Below, in pieces: positions 1 to 10,443 of a stretch of 37,419 nt of DNA (its first letter is position 1; every line of letters starts with the position of its first letter). A program made the translations under genes and the position numbers. The notes under the pieces were generated by a model that was given only the letters and a program-made list of their open reading frames with translations, had not been told where the DNA came from and made no database searches. The stretch is from Polyangia bacterium (GTDB lineage Bacteria > Myxococcota_A > Polyangia > JAAYKL01). The stretch lies in contig JBNKCR010000085.1 in NCBI GenBank assembly GCA_050287845.1, positions 1 to 37,419 on the forward strand, given 5' to 3'.

Positions 1-270
1 CTTGATATAGTCAGCGTGCCCGGGGCAATCCACATGCGCATAATGACGATTCGCTGTCTGATACTCCACATGCGCTGTCGCAATGGTGATGCCGCGCTCT
101 TTTTCCTCAGGCGCTTTATCGATTTCATCAAATGCGATGAACTGCGCACCACCAGCCTCGGCCAACGTTTTCGTGATCGCTGCGGTCAATGTGGTTTTGC
201 CGTGGTCAATATGACCAATTGTTCCAATATTGACGTGTGGTTTCGTTCTTACAAATTTTTCTTTTGCCAT
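1..270 (-). CDS. tuf: Elongation factor Tu, N-terminal 90 aa (runs off the window edge)
   Basis: Manual minus-strand translation from the ATG at 270: [33 protein letters not shown]...[16 protein letters not shown]...[12 protein letters not shown], with G1 and G3 motifs. Lies downstream of the tRNA cluster. Not in the ORF track. Confidence 0.99.
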   Translation of the reverse strand, partial: MAKEKFVRTKPHVNIGTIGHIDHGKTTLTAAITKTLAEAGGAQFIAFDEIDKAPEEKERGITIATAHVEYQTANRHYAHVDCPGHADYIK

Positions 271-316
271 GACAAAGCTCCCTTGATTTGAAAAAATCCG
301 GAATAAAAAAACAAAG

Positions 317-388
317 AGCCCACGATGAGATTTGAACTCATGACCTCCTCCTTACCAAGGAGGTGCTCTACCCCTGAGCTACGTGGGC
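317..388 (-). tRNA. tRNA-Thr(GGT)
   Basis: Cloverleaf GCCCACG...CGTGGGC; anticodon arm CCTCC-TTGGTAA-GGAGG; T-loop TTCAAAT; CCA not encoded. Confidence 0.96.
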
Positions 389-416
389 TTCTGGTTTTAA
401 AAAATCTCCTAAACTG

Positions 417-489
417 AGCGGGAAACGGGGCTCGAACCCGCGACCCTTAGCTTGGAAGGCTAATGCTCTACCAATTGAGCTATTCCCGC
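417..489 (-). tRNA. tRNA-Gly(TCC)
   Basis: GCGGGAA...TTCCCGC acceptor stem; anticodon arm TTAGC-CTTCCAA-GCTAA; GGTTCGAG T-arm. Confidence 0.96.
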
Positions 490-525
490 AAAATCAAGGA
501 ACCGATTCACACCAGATCCTCGCTG

Positions 526-609
<84 letters not shown>

Positions 610-619
610 AAAAAAAATG

Positions 620-692
620 AGCTGGCAATGGGACTTGAACCCGCAACCGCCTGATTACAAATCAGGTGCTCTACCAATTGAGCTATGCCAGC
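620..692 (-). tRNA. tRNA-Thr(TGT)
   Basis: GCTGGCA...TGCCAGC acceptor stem; anticodon arm CCTGA-TTTGTAA-TCAGG. First gene of the classic thrU-tyrU-glyT-thrT-tufB arrangement. Confidence 0.96.
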
Positions 693-812
693 GTCTATAT
701 CAGCTATGGAATTTCCATAAAATTTATCAATGAACAGTCACACCCGGAGGCATGAGGTACCGCTTAACAGGCATCGTACTATAATAAGCTTTTCGCCCAT
801 AAGCGAGCGGTA

Positions 813-841
813 TGTATAGAGGGGAGCCTCTATTATGTCAA
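813..841 (-). promoter_or_regulatory. Candidate sigma70 promoter of the tRNA-tuf operon
   Basis: Minus strand TTGACA-N17-TATACA followed by GC-rich CCGCTCGC (discriminator-like). The -10 element is imperfect. Confidence 0.5.
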
Positions 842-923
842 GCGGTAATTTGAATTCGCCCGCTTTTTTTTGTAAAATAAATTATTCAATAAAATCAAGG
901 TGATACGAGAAAAAAAGACAAAT

Positions 924-2156
924 TCAGACAGAAATTAGCCGGTGGCGTCGTTTTTTTCCGGCGCGCAGTACAACTTCGCCATCTGCAAAATCTCCAGATG
1001 TAATCAGTTCACGATGGTCGTTCAGTTTTCTATCCCCCACCCAACCGGCTCCGCTCCTGAACAATTTCACCGCTTCGCCATTGGATTTGCACAATTCGGT
1101 CTCCACGAACAATTCAGTTGCGCGGATTCCTTCAGCAAGACGCGATGCCGAAATTTGGCTGCTGGGCATATTCTCCACATCACCGCCACCGCCAAACGCT
1201 GCTTTTGCGCCATCGAGCGCCCTCCTGGCCTTCAATTCTCCATGGCATATGCGGGTGGCTTCATACGCCAGTATCTGTTTGGCTTCCCGAATATCTGCCC
1301 CTTCAAGATTCGCCAATTTATCTATTTCCGACATGGGAAGCAGCGTAAACATTTTCAGGAATCGAACGACATCGCGGTCGTCCACATTCACCCAATACTG
1401 AAAGTAGTCGTATGGGGAAAGCATATCTTCGCTCAACCAGACAGCGCCGTTGGCGGTTTTCCCCATTTTTGCTCCGGTTGCTGTGGTCAGTAGCGGGAAA
1501 GTCAATCCATACACCTGAGCGCCTTCTACCCTGCGGACCAAATCCACCCCGGCCACGATGTTCCCCCATTGATCGTCGCCACCCATCTGCAACCGGCATC
1601 CATATTTCTGATACAGCACAAGAAAATCGTATGCCTGACACAATTGATAATTGAACTCGAGGAAGCTCAATCCTTTTTCCATCCGCTGTTTATACGCTTC
1701 AAAAGACAACATGCGGTTCACTGAAAAGTGACGGCCAATTTCGCGAAGAAAATCCACGTAATTCAATGGCTCCAACCATTCTGAATTGTCCACGGCCACT
1801 GCCCCGCCGTTATCGAAATTCAGAAAACGTCCCAGCTGTGCTTTTACTCCCTCAAAGTTCTCACGCAATGTATCCCGGGTCAGCAGCTGTCTGGTTTCGG
1901 TCTTTCCGGACGGATCTCCGATAAGCCCCGTGCCTCCCCCTACCAATGCAATGGGATTGTGTCCCTCGCGGGACAGATGCATCAGCCCCATAATGGGTAC
2001 CAGCGACCCGGCATGAAGACTCCTGGCCGTTGGATCAAATCCGATATAGGCCGTTACCTTTTCGGTGGCCAGCATCTTGCGAACCGCATCTTCATCGGTA
2101 CACTGCTTCAGAAATCCCCGTTCGGCCAATATCTCGTAACAACTTTTTCCTGCCAT
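924..2156 (-). CDS. tyrS: Tyrosine--tRNA ligase
   Basis: YIGFDPTARSLHAGS (HIGH-like), QMGGDDQWGNI, KMGKT (KMSKS-like), C-terminal S4-like domain ending RAGKKR. Confidence 0.98.
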   Translation of the reverse strand: MAGKSCYEILAERGFLKQCTDEDAVRKMLATEKVTAYIGFDPTARSLHAGSLVPIMGLMHLSREGHNPIALVGGGTGLIGDPSGKTETRQLLTRDTLRENFEGVKAQLGRFLNFDNGGAVAVDNSEWLEPLNYVDFLREIGRHFSVNRMLSFEAYKQRMEKGLSFLEFNYQLCQAYDFLVLYQKYGCRLQMGGDDQWGNIVAGVDLVRRVEGAQVYGLTFPLLTTATGAKMGKTANGAVWLSEDMLSPYDYFQYWVNVDDRDVVRFLKMFTLLPMSEIDKLANLEGADIREAKQILAYEATRICHGELKARRALDGAKAAFGGGGDVENMPSSQISASRLAEGIRATELFVETELCKSNGEAVKLFRSGAGWVGDRKLNDHRELITSGDFADGEVVLRAGKKRRHRLISV

Positions 2157-2401
2157 TTGCGCTCCCTGAATTCCGTTTGCGATTGTCTGCCCCTGCCGGT
2201 GGCTGGTGCTTTTATCTACAGAAAAAGGGGTTTAACCGCACATCCGATGTGATTGCAAGCGGATTTGACCATCATAGCGAACGCCACTATATATGCGGCG
2301 ATTCAAATGCACAGGTAAATGACTTGTATACTACTGATCTTTACAATATAGATACCGCGTGAATTTGACACAATCGACCATCTCTGAGTGTGGAGGAATG
2401 A

Positions 2402-5185
2402 ATGCGAAATCCCAAAGATATAGAGTTGCCAAAAACGTTTGAACCGGATGCAATAGAGCAGGATTTATATGATTTCTGGATTCAAGGCGGATATTTCAAA
2501 GCGGAAGATGCCTCGGACAGACCGCCGTATTGTATCGTGATTCCTCCCCCCAACGTAACCGGCGCACTGCATATGGGACACGCGCTCACTGTGACCATCC
2601 AGGATATGCTGGTGCGATGGAGACGGATGCAGGGCTACAACACGCTGTGGATGCCGGGAACGGATCACGCCGGCATCGCCACGCAGATGGTGGTGGAGCG
2701 ACAGCTTCGCAACGAAGGCACCAGTCGCCATGATCTCGGGCGGGAAAAATTTGTGGAGCGTGTATGGAAATGGAAAGAGCAGTACGGCAATCGCATTACT
2801 GAGCAACTGAAACGAATCGGCGTATCTCTGGATTGGGAGCGGGAACGCTTCACCATGGATGAAGGTCTTTCCAGAGCTGTGCGGCATGCGTTTGTCTCAC
2901 TTTATAACACCGGTGAAATCGTCCGGGATAACCGCCTCATCAACTGGTGTTCTTCCTGTCGCACGGCGCTTTCGGATGTGGAAGTGGACCGGGATGAACC
3001 GGAAGCCGCTGAAATGTGGTCATTTGCATACGAGATTGAAGGTGGTGGTGAAATCGTGGTGGCGACCACCCGACCTGAAACCATGCTGGGTGATACAGCG
3101 GTCGTGGTTCATCCGGATGATGAGCGATATCGGGACGTTGTTGGCAAAATGGTGAAACACCCGTTCCAGAGCAGAACATTCCCCATCGTGGCCGACCCGC
3201 TGCTGGCGGATCCCGAGCTGGGGACCGGCGCGGTGAAGGTCACTCCCGCCCACGACCCCAATGATTTTGAATGCGGAAAGCGGAACAATCTTGATTATAT
3301 AGATATTTTCAACGACGATGCAACGTTGAATGAAAATGGCGCACCGTTCACCGGGCTGGATAGATTTGAAGCCAGAAAGAAAGTTAAAGAGGCGATTCGC
3401 GAAAAAGGTCTGGAAAGGGGAAGCAATCCCCATGAGTACGCTCCCGGTCGTTGCCAGCGTTGCAGAACCGTGGTGGAACCCAAGCTTTCATTACAGTGGT
3501 TCGTGGATACCGCCAATATGGCACAGGCCGCCATGGATGCAGTACGTGCGGGTAAAACCAAGTTTGTCCCCAGACATCAGGAGCACCGCTATTTTGAATG
3601 GCTGGAACCCAGAATGCCATGGTGTATCTCCCGTCAGCTCTGGTGGGGGCATCGCATTCCCGCCTGGTACTGCGACGACTGTGACCATATCACCGTTGTC
3701 GAAGAGACACCGGAGGGATGCGCGAAATGCGGTTCGAAACATATCCATCAGGACGAAGATGTTCTGGATACCTGGTTTTCCAGTGCACTCTGGCCGTTTT
3801 CAACACTCGGATGGCCCGACAACACGGATGCACTCAAAACCTTTTACCCCACATCGGTTCTGGAAACCGGCTACGACATTATTACATTCTGGGTATCCCG
3901 CATGATGATGATGGGGATTCGATTCATGGGGGATGTACCGTTCCGCCATGTGCTCCTTCATCCCATGGTCCGGGACCAGGACGGAAACAAAATGTCGAAA
4001 TCGAAGGGCAATGTGATTGATCCCCTCGATGTGGTGGAAGGCATTTCGCTGGATGACATGGTGGAGAAAACCAAAGGACTTACCCTGCCTGAAACAGAAA
4101 TTCAAAGTGCAATCTCTTACCAGAACGACCATTTTCCAAACGGCTTTGCCAAGTCCGGTACCGACGCACTGCGCTACACACTGGCAGCGTACACGGGGCA
4201 GGACCAGGATATCCGCTTCAGTGTGGATCGGGTGGAAAGCAATCGAAAATTCTGCAACAAAATCTGGCAGGCCACCCTGGGCTTCTCATTGCCGAATCTC
4301 AAGAATATGACCGTGACCACAGGAACGCCTGTCCCTTCCACCATGGCCGATCGCTGGATTATGGCGCGACTTCACAAAGTCATCGGAGAAGTGAATAGCG
4401 GTCTGGAAGAGTTCCGGGTGGGGGAAGTCACCCAGCAGCTGTATCACTTTTTCTGGGATGAGTTGTGCAGCTGGTATATCGAACTGCAGAAATCTGTATT
4501 TTTTGGCGATGACAGTGAGAAGCGCGGTGCAGCCCAGCAGGTATTGCGACACACTCTCGACGTTTCACTGCGCCTGCTGCATCCGCTGATGCCATTTGTC
4601 ACCGAAGTGCTGTGGCAGCAATTGCCCAAACCAGCAAACGCGCCGGCATCCATTATGATTGCACCATTCCCCACCGATGCCGATGGCGTGGCCGATGCGG
4701 ATGCCATCCGGGAAGCTACCATTCTGATGGATGTGGTCACTCAGGTACGCGCTATCCGGGCGGAATACAATGTGGCGCCGTCCAAGCCCATTTCTTTGGA
4801 ACTGCTCACCGATGATGAAGCCGTGAAATCCATTCTGGAAACCGACGCGGATATGCTCAAAAGCCTTGCGCGGGTGGAGCGTTTTGAGGTGAAAAATGCC
4901 GATGCGGATATTCCCAGAGGTTCTGCAACCGCTATGGCCGCGGGAGCGCAGCTGCTGATTCCACTGAAAGAAATTATCGATATGGATGCGGAGCGGGCGC
5001 GACTCAACCGGGAAAAGGGTAAACTGGAAAAGGAAATCGAGCGCACCACAAAAAAACTGGCCAATGAAAAATTCGTTGCCAACGCTCCGGCCGATGTGAT
5101 TGAAAAAGAACGAAACAAGGACGCGGACAACCGACAGCAGCTCAACCGGATTCAGGATGCCATTAAACGGCTTGATGAAATGTGA
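2402..5185 (+). CDS. valS: Valine--tRNA ligase
   Basis: PPPNVTGALHMGH, WCISRQLWWGHRIP, KMSKS, C-terminal coiled coil; RBS GGAGG upstream. Confidence 0.99.
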   Translation: MRNPKDIELPKTFEPDAIEQDLYDFWIQGGYFKAEDASDRPPYCIVIPPPNVTGALHMGHALTVTIQDMLVRWRRMQGYNTLWMPGTDHAGIATQMVVERQLRNEGTSRHDLGREKFVERVWKWKEQYGNRITEQLKRIGVSLDWERERFTMDEGLSRAVRHAFVSLYNTGEIVRDNRLINWCSSCRTALSDVEVDRDEPEAAEMWSFAYEIEGGGEIVVATTRPETMLGDTAVVVHPDDERYRDVVGKMVKHPFQSRTFPIVADPLLADPELGTGAVKVTPAHDPNDFECGKRNNLDYIDIFNDDATLNENGAPFTGLDRFEARKKVKEAIREKGLERGSNPHEYAPGRCQRCRTVVEPKLSLQWFVDTANMAQAAMDAVRAGKTKFVPRHQEHRYFEWLEPRMPWCISRQLWWGHRIPAWYCDDCDHITVVEETPEGCAKCGSKHIHQDEDVLDTWFSSALWPFSTLGWPDNTDALKTFYPTSVLETGYDIITFWVSRMMMMGIRFMGDVPFRHVLLHPMVRDQDGNKMSKSKGNVIDPLDVVEGISLDDMVEKTKGLTLPETEIQSAISYQNDHFPNGFAKSGTDALRYTLAAYTGQDQDIRFSVDRVESNRKFCNKIWQATLGFSLPNLKNMTVTTGTPVPSTMADRWIMARLHKVIGEVNSGLEEFRVGEVTQQLYHFFWDELCSWYIELQKSVFFGDDSEKRGAAQQVLRHTLDVSLRLLHPLMPFVTEVLWQQLPKPANAPASIMIAPFPTDADGVADADAIREATILMDVVTQVRAIRAEYNVAPSKPISLELLTDDEAVKSILETDADMLKSLARVERFEVKNADADIPRGSATAMAAGAQLLIPLKEIIDMDAERARLNREKGKLEKEIERTTKKLANEKFVANAPADVIEKERNKDADNRQQLNRIQDAIKRLDEM

Positions 5186-5225
5186 GACCCCAAACCCGGT
5201 CTCTGTGCAATAGTTGGGGAACCAT

Positions 5226-6092
5226 ATGAAACGCACCATTATATCATGCTTCAGAGTCTGCAGGGGCTGGGCGGTTTTACTCATCGTTTTAGGCTTAGGC
5301 GCCACTGCCTGCAAAACGCCTCCGCCAGAGACCGCGCTGGATATTCGGGCATTGATGTCCGCAGGCAACTGTAGCGAAATTCAGAGCCAACTTTCTGCAG
5401 AGAGTCTGTCCGCTGAAAGTCGGGGAGCGCTTGCGGTGTGCGCCCTTGCCACCGGCTCGAACGACAGTGGCAAACAGAATGCGTTGCAGATTGTATCCGG
5501 GGACGCCGCGACCTGCACGACCGCTGCAACATCAATGCTGGAGCTGTCTCTGCTGTATCCCGATGCGACCGACGAATACCAACAGGCGGTTCTTGCAGTG
5601 GCATTTGGCATCGCCGGCTATGGACCAGGTTCATCAAAAGGAATTGTAGCCCCCGGCAGTGATGGTGCACGGATGCTGACGGTGGCCATTCTTCGCTTTG
5701 CCGAAGACGCCTATCTGCAACAGGATTTCGCCGCCAATCCGGATGCGTTGATTGGGGTGTGGCGCGGATGTCAGTATCTGCTCGACGAGAATTATCTGGC
5801 CGGAACAGATTATCTGGCGTGGCAGCTCTTTACCGCGCTTGCAGATTTTGCGCTTCGCGTGTTCAACCCTTTTAATAAAACTGAACTGGGCTACGAGGTG
5901 ATGCGCGCCACAGTTGAAACCCTGGAGCAAAACGGCGCCATTGGCGTGGCCGCCAGATGTGATCTGGGTTCTCCGTACGAAAAACTCAAATCTGTGTTGT
6001 CCAAGGATACCGCACTGCTTGGTCCGCTGGAACGGGCAGTGGCAGTGGCAACCGGGTGTACGCGGGGAAGATACGCACCTCAGCCCCGATAA
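5226..6092 (+). CDS. Hypothetical lipoprotein, helical
   Basis: Long ORF between valS and panB; basic N-terminus, hydrophobic stretch and LGATA-C lipobox-like site. Start chosen at ATG 5226. Confidence 0.75.
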   Translation: MKRTIISCFRVCRGWAVLLIVLGLGATACKTPPPETALDIRALMSAGNCSEIQSQLSAESLSAESRGALAVCALATGSNDSGKQNALQIVSGDAATCTTAATSMLELSLLYPDATDEYQQAVLAVAFGIAGYGPGSSKGIVAPGSDGARMLTVAILRFAEDAYLQQDFAANPDALIGVWRGCQYLLDENYLAGTDYLAWQLFTALADFALRVFNPFNKTELGYEVMRATVETLEQNGAIGVAARCDLGSPYEKLKSVLSKDTALLGPLERAVAVATGCTRGRYAPQPR

Positions 6093-6142
6093 AAAAAAAG
6101 GAAGTGGATTCCATATTCGGAACCGCTATCCAGGGAGTACTT

Positions 6143-6961
6143 ATGAAAAATCAAAAGAAAATGACCGTTCCCAGACTGGTGGCACTGAAAAAAAAATCTC
6201 AGAAGATTGTCATGGTGACCGCCTACGATGCTACATTTGCCACGCTGATTGATCAGACCGGTGTGGATGCGGTTCTGGTGGGAGACTCGCTCGGCAATGT
6301 CATTCAGGGACATGCCAACACCATTCCGGTTACCACCGATGACATTGTCTATCATTGCCGGGCAGTGGCGAGAGGCGTATCTGCGGCGCATATCATCGGA
6401 GATATGCCATTTACCGCCAACAAAATGTCCAGTGATAAAACCCTGGAGGACGCGGCGAAAATTATCCAGAAAGGTCACGCCGAATCCGTCAAGCTGGAAG
6501 GTGGAGTGGAAATGGCCAGAACCATTTCAAAAATTGTCTCCTCCGGCATTCCGGTGATGGGCCACGTGGGAATGACGCCCCAATCCGTGCACGCGTTCGG
6601 CGGATTCAAAACCCAGGGCAAAACCCGGGATGCCCAGAAAAAAATTCTGGCGGATGCGGTGGCGGTTGAGGATGCGGGGGCCTACGGCGTAGTGCTCGAA
6701 GGTATCCCCGGTGAGCTGGCCGCCGAAATAACTGAAACACTGAAGATTCCCACCATTGGCATTGGCGCCGGGGTCCAATGTGACGGTCAGGTGCTGGTGA
6801 GCTATGATTTGCTGGGGATGTTTGAAGACTTTCGCCCCAGCTTTGTAAAACAGTACGCCAACCTGGCTCAGACTATCCGCTACGCCGTATCCGCCTACGC
6901 CGCCGAAGTCCGCGATGGCGCCTTTCCCACAGATGAGCATACGGTGTTTACAAAGAAGTAG
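6143..6961 (+). CDS. panB: 3-methyl-2-oxobutanoate hydroxymethyltransferase
   Basis: MVTAYD, LVGDSLG, VKLEGG, GHVGMTPQS, IPTIGIGAG and DGQVLV motifs; RBS GGGAG before ATG 6143. Confidence 0.98.
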   Translation: MKNQKKMTVPRLVALKKKSQKIVMVTAYDATFATLIDQTGVDAVLVGDSLGNVIQGHANTIPVTTDDIVYHCRAVARGVSAAHIIGDMPFTANKMSSDKTLEDAAKIIQKGHAESVKLEGGVEMARTISKIVSSGIPVMGHVGMTPQSVHAFGGFKTQGKTRDAQKKILADAVAVEDAGAYGVVLEGIPGELAAEITETLKIPTIGIGAGVQCDGQVLVSYDLLGMFEDFRPSFVKQYANLAQTIRYAVSAYAAEVRDGAFPTDEHTVFTKK

Positions 6962-7179
6962 GCAGTATTTACCCCGGCAGACTGCAATTGCAGCCTGCTG
7001 ATGGCAGTGTCTTAAGGGATGGCGTGGATGGAATATCCCCGGCACCCCGATAAAATCCGTTTCACATCTGGTGCCCGTTTCAGATATACCTTTTCCTTTC
7101 AAAGGATTATGGTTCCCGCCTGCGCAGACTGGGTCTGTTCGTCGTTGTCATTCATCTCATTGGCAGGAATGAATCCGGT

Positions 7180-7195
7180 TGGCGTGCAGCTTGCT
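7180..7195 (+). promoter_or_regulatory. Sigma54 (-24/-12) promoter candidate
   Basis: TGGCGT-GCAGC-TTGCT with exact GG-N10-GC spacing, about 70 nt upstream of the ATG at 7266. Confidence 0.65.
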
Positions 7196-7265
7196 ATGAA
7201 CATTGGTCATTAAAAATATTTTAAACGAATCAACGAGCCGTTGATTTTCCGAAAGGGAGACCACT

Positions 7266-8645
7266 ATGAATCATGTCCATCAACAAACAATCCCTGCCCT
7301 GCTTCAATCAGGACTGGGCCGATGGTGCACCGTTGCCATGGTGGCCTGTGTGCTTGGAGTCAGCTGTGAGTCGGAGATGCTATCCGAGGTTTCAGGGACC
7401 TCTTCCGCAGCGGGAACATACGACATACAGGCCAGTGCATGCCACGATTCGAAGAGACAAAAAGACAACCGGTTCAACCGCATTGTCTCGGAGCACTATT
7501 TCACCGGTTCAGACTGTACACCGCGCCGATATAAAAAATACGAGCATCGGGGCGCCGACGATGCGTTCGTTGTGTTTCTCCACGGCCGCGGGGGATTCGC
7601 AGAAAGATACGATGCCCTGTTCACTTCGCTGAACGGGTATCCCGGCCCGAACGTGCCAATTGAGGAAACACTGGCCGATTTGCCGGTCACATTCTTTTCA
7701 GTGGATTTGGCCGGTCACGGGAAGTCCGCCGGACTGAAAGGACACATTGATAGCGTGGATACCTACGTTGAAGATTTGAGAAAACTCATGGACAGTGTTC
7801 CCCGACTCAAGCATCACACGAGGCCCATTTATCTGATGAGCCACAGCACTGGTGGCCTGGTCACCGCCCTGTTCGCCCAGAAATACCCGGAGTCAGTGGA
7901 CGCACTGATCTCAAACGCACCCGCATACGGGATTGAAGCGCCTCCGGGTGTGCCGGCCGGCGCGCTTCAGCAACTGGTAAATTTCTATGTGCAGGCCGGA
8001 CTCGACACCCTGTGCAGCGCTCCGGCAGGAATGGACATTCCCACATTGGGCGCCATTGCTGCATGCCACGGAAACCCCACTCTGAACGCATGCTTCAACG
8101 ATCCTTCCCAGCCCGTCTGCGCTTCATTGACCAACTGTCTGCTCCAGGGACTCCCCAATGATTGCGGCGCCCCCGCAATTGATTTCGCCGGGCTGCGTAA
8201 CGCATTTGAATATCTGTACACATTGGATGACGGCTGTCAGACCGGGCGGGATCCCATTGCCGCATGCACATTCGGGGGCCCGGATTTCGCTGGCACCACT
8301 ACGGATTTTGATTACTGTGTATGGTCGGAGTCTCACTCGCTTGCCGGAGTGAGCCCCACGATGGGGTGGGTAGCGGCAATGTACGACGGTATTGCACAAC
8401 TCACGCCAGATATGGATGTACCCACGCTGATTCTGGCCACCCCGATTGACCCCATTGCCACCTATCAATCCCAGGTGGATATGTGCACCGCAATGCCGGA
8501 CTGCACCCTCGCCGTCTTCCCACCGGTTCCTGAACAGAATATTTATTTCTTTCATCAGATGCTGCTCGAGCAGCAACGCAGCGACGTCATCCGAGTTATT
8601 CGGGACTTCATTGTCGACCAGACGGATATAGCCGGAATGAACTGA
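7266..8645 (+). CDS. Alpha/beta hydrolase (lysophospholipase/MAG-lipase-like) lipoprotein with Cys-rich lid insertion
   Basis: FLHGRG oxyanion motif, DLAGHGKS, SHSTGG nucleophile elbow, candidate Asp (PIDPI) and His (FFHQ); LGVS-C lipobox; RBS GGGAG. Confidence 0.85.
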   Translation: MNHVHQQTIPALLQSGLGRWCTVAMVACVLGVSCESEMLSEVSGTSSAAGTYDIQASACHDSKRQKDNRFNRIVSEHYFTGSDCTPRRYKKYEHRGADDAFVVFLHGRGGFAERYDALFTSLNGYPGPNVPIEETLADLPVTFFSVDLAGHGKSAGLKGHIDSVDTYVEDLRKLMDSVPRLKHHTRPIYLMSHSTGGLVTALFAQKYPESVDALISNAPAYGIEAPPGVPAGALQQLVNFYVQAGLDTLCSAPAGMDIPTLGAIAACHGNPTLNACFNDPSQPVCASLTNCLLQGLPNDCGAPAIDFAGLRNAFEYLYTLDDGCQTGRDPIAACTFGGPDFAGTTTDFDYCVWSESHSLAGVSPTMGWVAAMYDGIAQLTPDMDVPTLILATPIDPIATYQSQVDMCTAMPDCTLAVFPPVPEQNIYFFHQMLLEQQRSDVIRVIRDFIVDQTDIAGMN

Positions 8646-8651
8646 TTCCAA

Positions 8652-9341
8652 TTATCCGTTCAGCGCATCGAGCAGAGCGACACTCATCCGGTTGGATGCC
8701 AGTGACACCATCCCGAGGGACGCAAGCTCATCGGCACTCAGAAACAGAATAATGGAGTCATTGATAACGGATGCAATGCAGGTGCCGACGGTGTCGGAGA
8801 GATAAATCCTGCTCAATCCCTCCCGCGGGTGGTTGTCAAACAACATTCGAACCTCATCAATCAGCTTCAGGAGTTCCGGGTCCTCTGAGTCCCGATGCCA
8901 TCTATAAAGCATTTTGCCTTCGGAAGAATACAGCAACACATGGGCCACATAATCGAGCTTCATTGCTGTGTCTTCAATTATTCTCTGCAACAAATCCTCA
9001 GGCGAAGCTGATCTGTTTTCTGACCTTTTCAATTGTCTCTCTGTTGCAGCATTAATAGCCTGGGCCACCAGTGCGGTAGTGGGTACCGTTACAGATTCTT
9101 CTGTGGTAGTGATGCCTTGCTGGAATTCAAACGCACCTTCGTGCCAGTCAACAAGAGCGATCATCGCTTCCAGACCACTGGCCTCACCGCATCGGACATG
9201 GGTGAGTCTCCCATTCACATAGTACAATCGTGCTTCTTTTTCGGGTCCAGAAATAAACAGCTCTCCGGTCTTGTTTGCAGTTGCCGGAAACTGCACAAGG
9301 TCCACAACGTCCAGGTCTGACAACGTACCGCTCAACGCCAT
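8652..9341 (-). CDS. DUF4388 (PATAN-like) domain protein with C-terminal roadblock/longin-like domain
   Basis: N-terminal ALSGTLSDLDVVDLVQF...KTGEL...LYYVNGRL...WHEGAFEF matches the DUF4388 pattern. The C-terminal helix/beta/helix pattern ending ASLGMV resembles roadblock. Confidence 0.8.
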   Translation of the reverse strand: MALSGTLSDLDVVDLVQFPATANKTGELFISGPEKEARLYYVNGRLTHVRCGEASGLEAMIALVDWHEGAFEFQQGITTTEESVTVPTTALVAQAINAATERQLKRSENRSASPEDLLQRIIEDTAMKLDYVAHVLLYSSEGKMLYRWHRDSEDPELLKLIDEVRMLFDNHPREGLSRIYLSDTVGTCIASVINDSIILFLSADELASLGMVSLASNRMSVALLDALNG

Positions 9342-9451
9342 GTTACATCTCTCTTCCACATATCATCTCACCCGAGTGCGCCCAGTGACGTTCCACCAAC
9401 ACTGCAACGGACGATCCAACGTATCACTGAAGCGTTTTCAGAACAGCGTTT

Positions 9452-9913
9452 TCAGAACAGCTGCACTTCCAACCGCGTATCTCCCGGTTTTCCGCCCGGT
9501 GTCGGTTCAAGATTCACCAGCCGTGCTTTCTTGCCCAGATTCTTCTCCGCGATGGCAATGGTAAGCGCCGCAAAAGGACAACCGAACGGCGGGATACCAT
9601 CTTCCTTGAGATGCATCGTTAAATCAAAAAATGCGCAATTGGTAATATCCGCTTTCAACCGGTCACCTTCCAACTTCATTTCCATTTTGTCGCACATACC
9701 TGTTTTTTCCATGGTTTCGCCAATTTTACTGGATAGCTTATCCACATCATCGACGCATTCAAACGATACACCCAGTTTGCTCAATTCTGCAAGGATATCC
9801 GGCGCCGCCTGACGCATCACCGCCGGTGCACTGGCTCCTGCGATGTTATACAACGCTTTATACACACCATACAAAACTCCCTGTACTGCACGGGTGTCTA
9901 CAGATCGAATCAT
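9452..9913 (-). CDS. V4R/HNOB-fold-like protein
   Basis: Helical N-half, then ITNCAF and GCPFAALTIAI and a terminal beta strand, typical of V4R/methanogen-output-type domains. Start uncertain (9913 or 9958). Confidence 0.6.
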   Translation of the reverse strand: MIRSVDTRAVQGVLYGVYKALYNIAGASAPAVMRQAAPDILAELSKLGVSFECVDDVDKLSSKIGETMEKTGMCDKMEMKLEGDRLKADITNCAFFDLTMHLKEDGIPPFGCPFAALTIAIAEKNLGKKARLVNLEPTPGGKPGDTRLEVQLF

Positions 9914-9992
9914 TGAAAACCCCCAATTTCTTCGTACACTTCCGTACGACTGATTCAATTATTTACAAAAGTGGACCAATCAGAGAGACGCC

Positions 9993-10340
9993 TCACATTA
10001 CCTTTTCGAGTTCCTTCATGCTTTTTTTAACAACGAATCGAACACCACCCAGATTAGCAGAATCATCAGCCACAATACCAAGCACCGCATCCTCACCAAT
10101 GGGCGCTGCGATAATCACGCCCTCCTTGTATTCTGCCATGACCTCAAACAGCATACCCTGTTTACAATCCCGTCCCATCGCTTCGATGGCACCGATAGCC
10201 GTGGAGATCACTGCGCCAACAGAATCGGCTTCCATATCCCCCATGCTATTGATCACAAAACCATCGCGACCAACAATCAATGACTGGTGAACCCCGGGTA
10301 CACTATTCAGATTCTTTAATACTCCGTCTGCGTCAAACAT
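9993..10340 (-). CDS. Roadblock/LC7 (MglB-like) protein
   Basis: 115 aa; VPGVHQSLIVGRDGFVI...ANLGGVRF is the roadblock/LC7 signature. Confidence 0.92.
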   Translation of the reverse strand: MFDADGVLKNLNSVPGVHQSLIVGRDGFVINSMGDMEADSVGAVISTAIGAIEAMGRDCKQGMLFEVMAEYKEGVIIAAPIGEDAVLGIVADDSANLGGVRFVVKKSMKELEKVM

Positions 10341-10443
10341 CTCTCTTCCCTTTCTCCTGTTTATTGAAAGTGGATTACCCCCAATCTTTCAGCAGCATCG
10401 CCCCCGCGCGGTCCATATTTCCACTGCAGAAGAGATCTGGGAA

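Noticed and set aside
16..291. 91-aa plus-strand ORF
   Set aside because: It is the antisense shadow of tuf.
2340..2365. T-box-like TACCGCG upstream of valS
   Set aside because: It lacks the GGTGG part of the T-box, and no stem I or terminator is evident.
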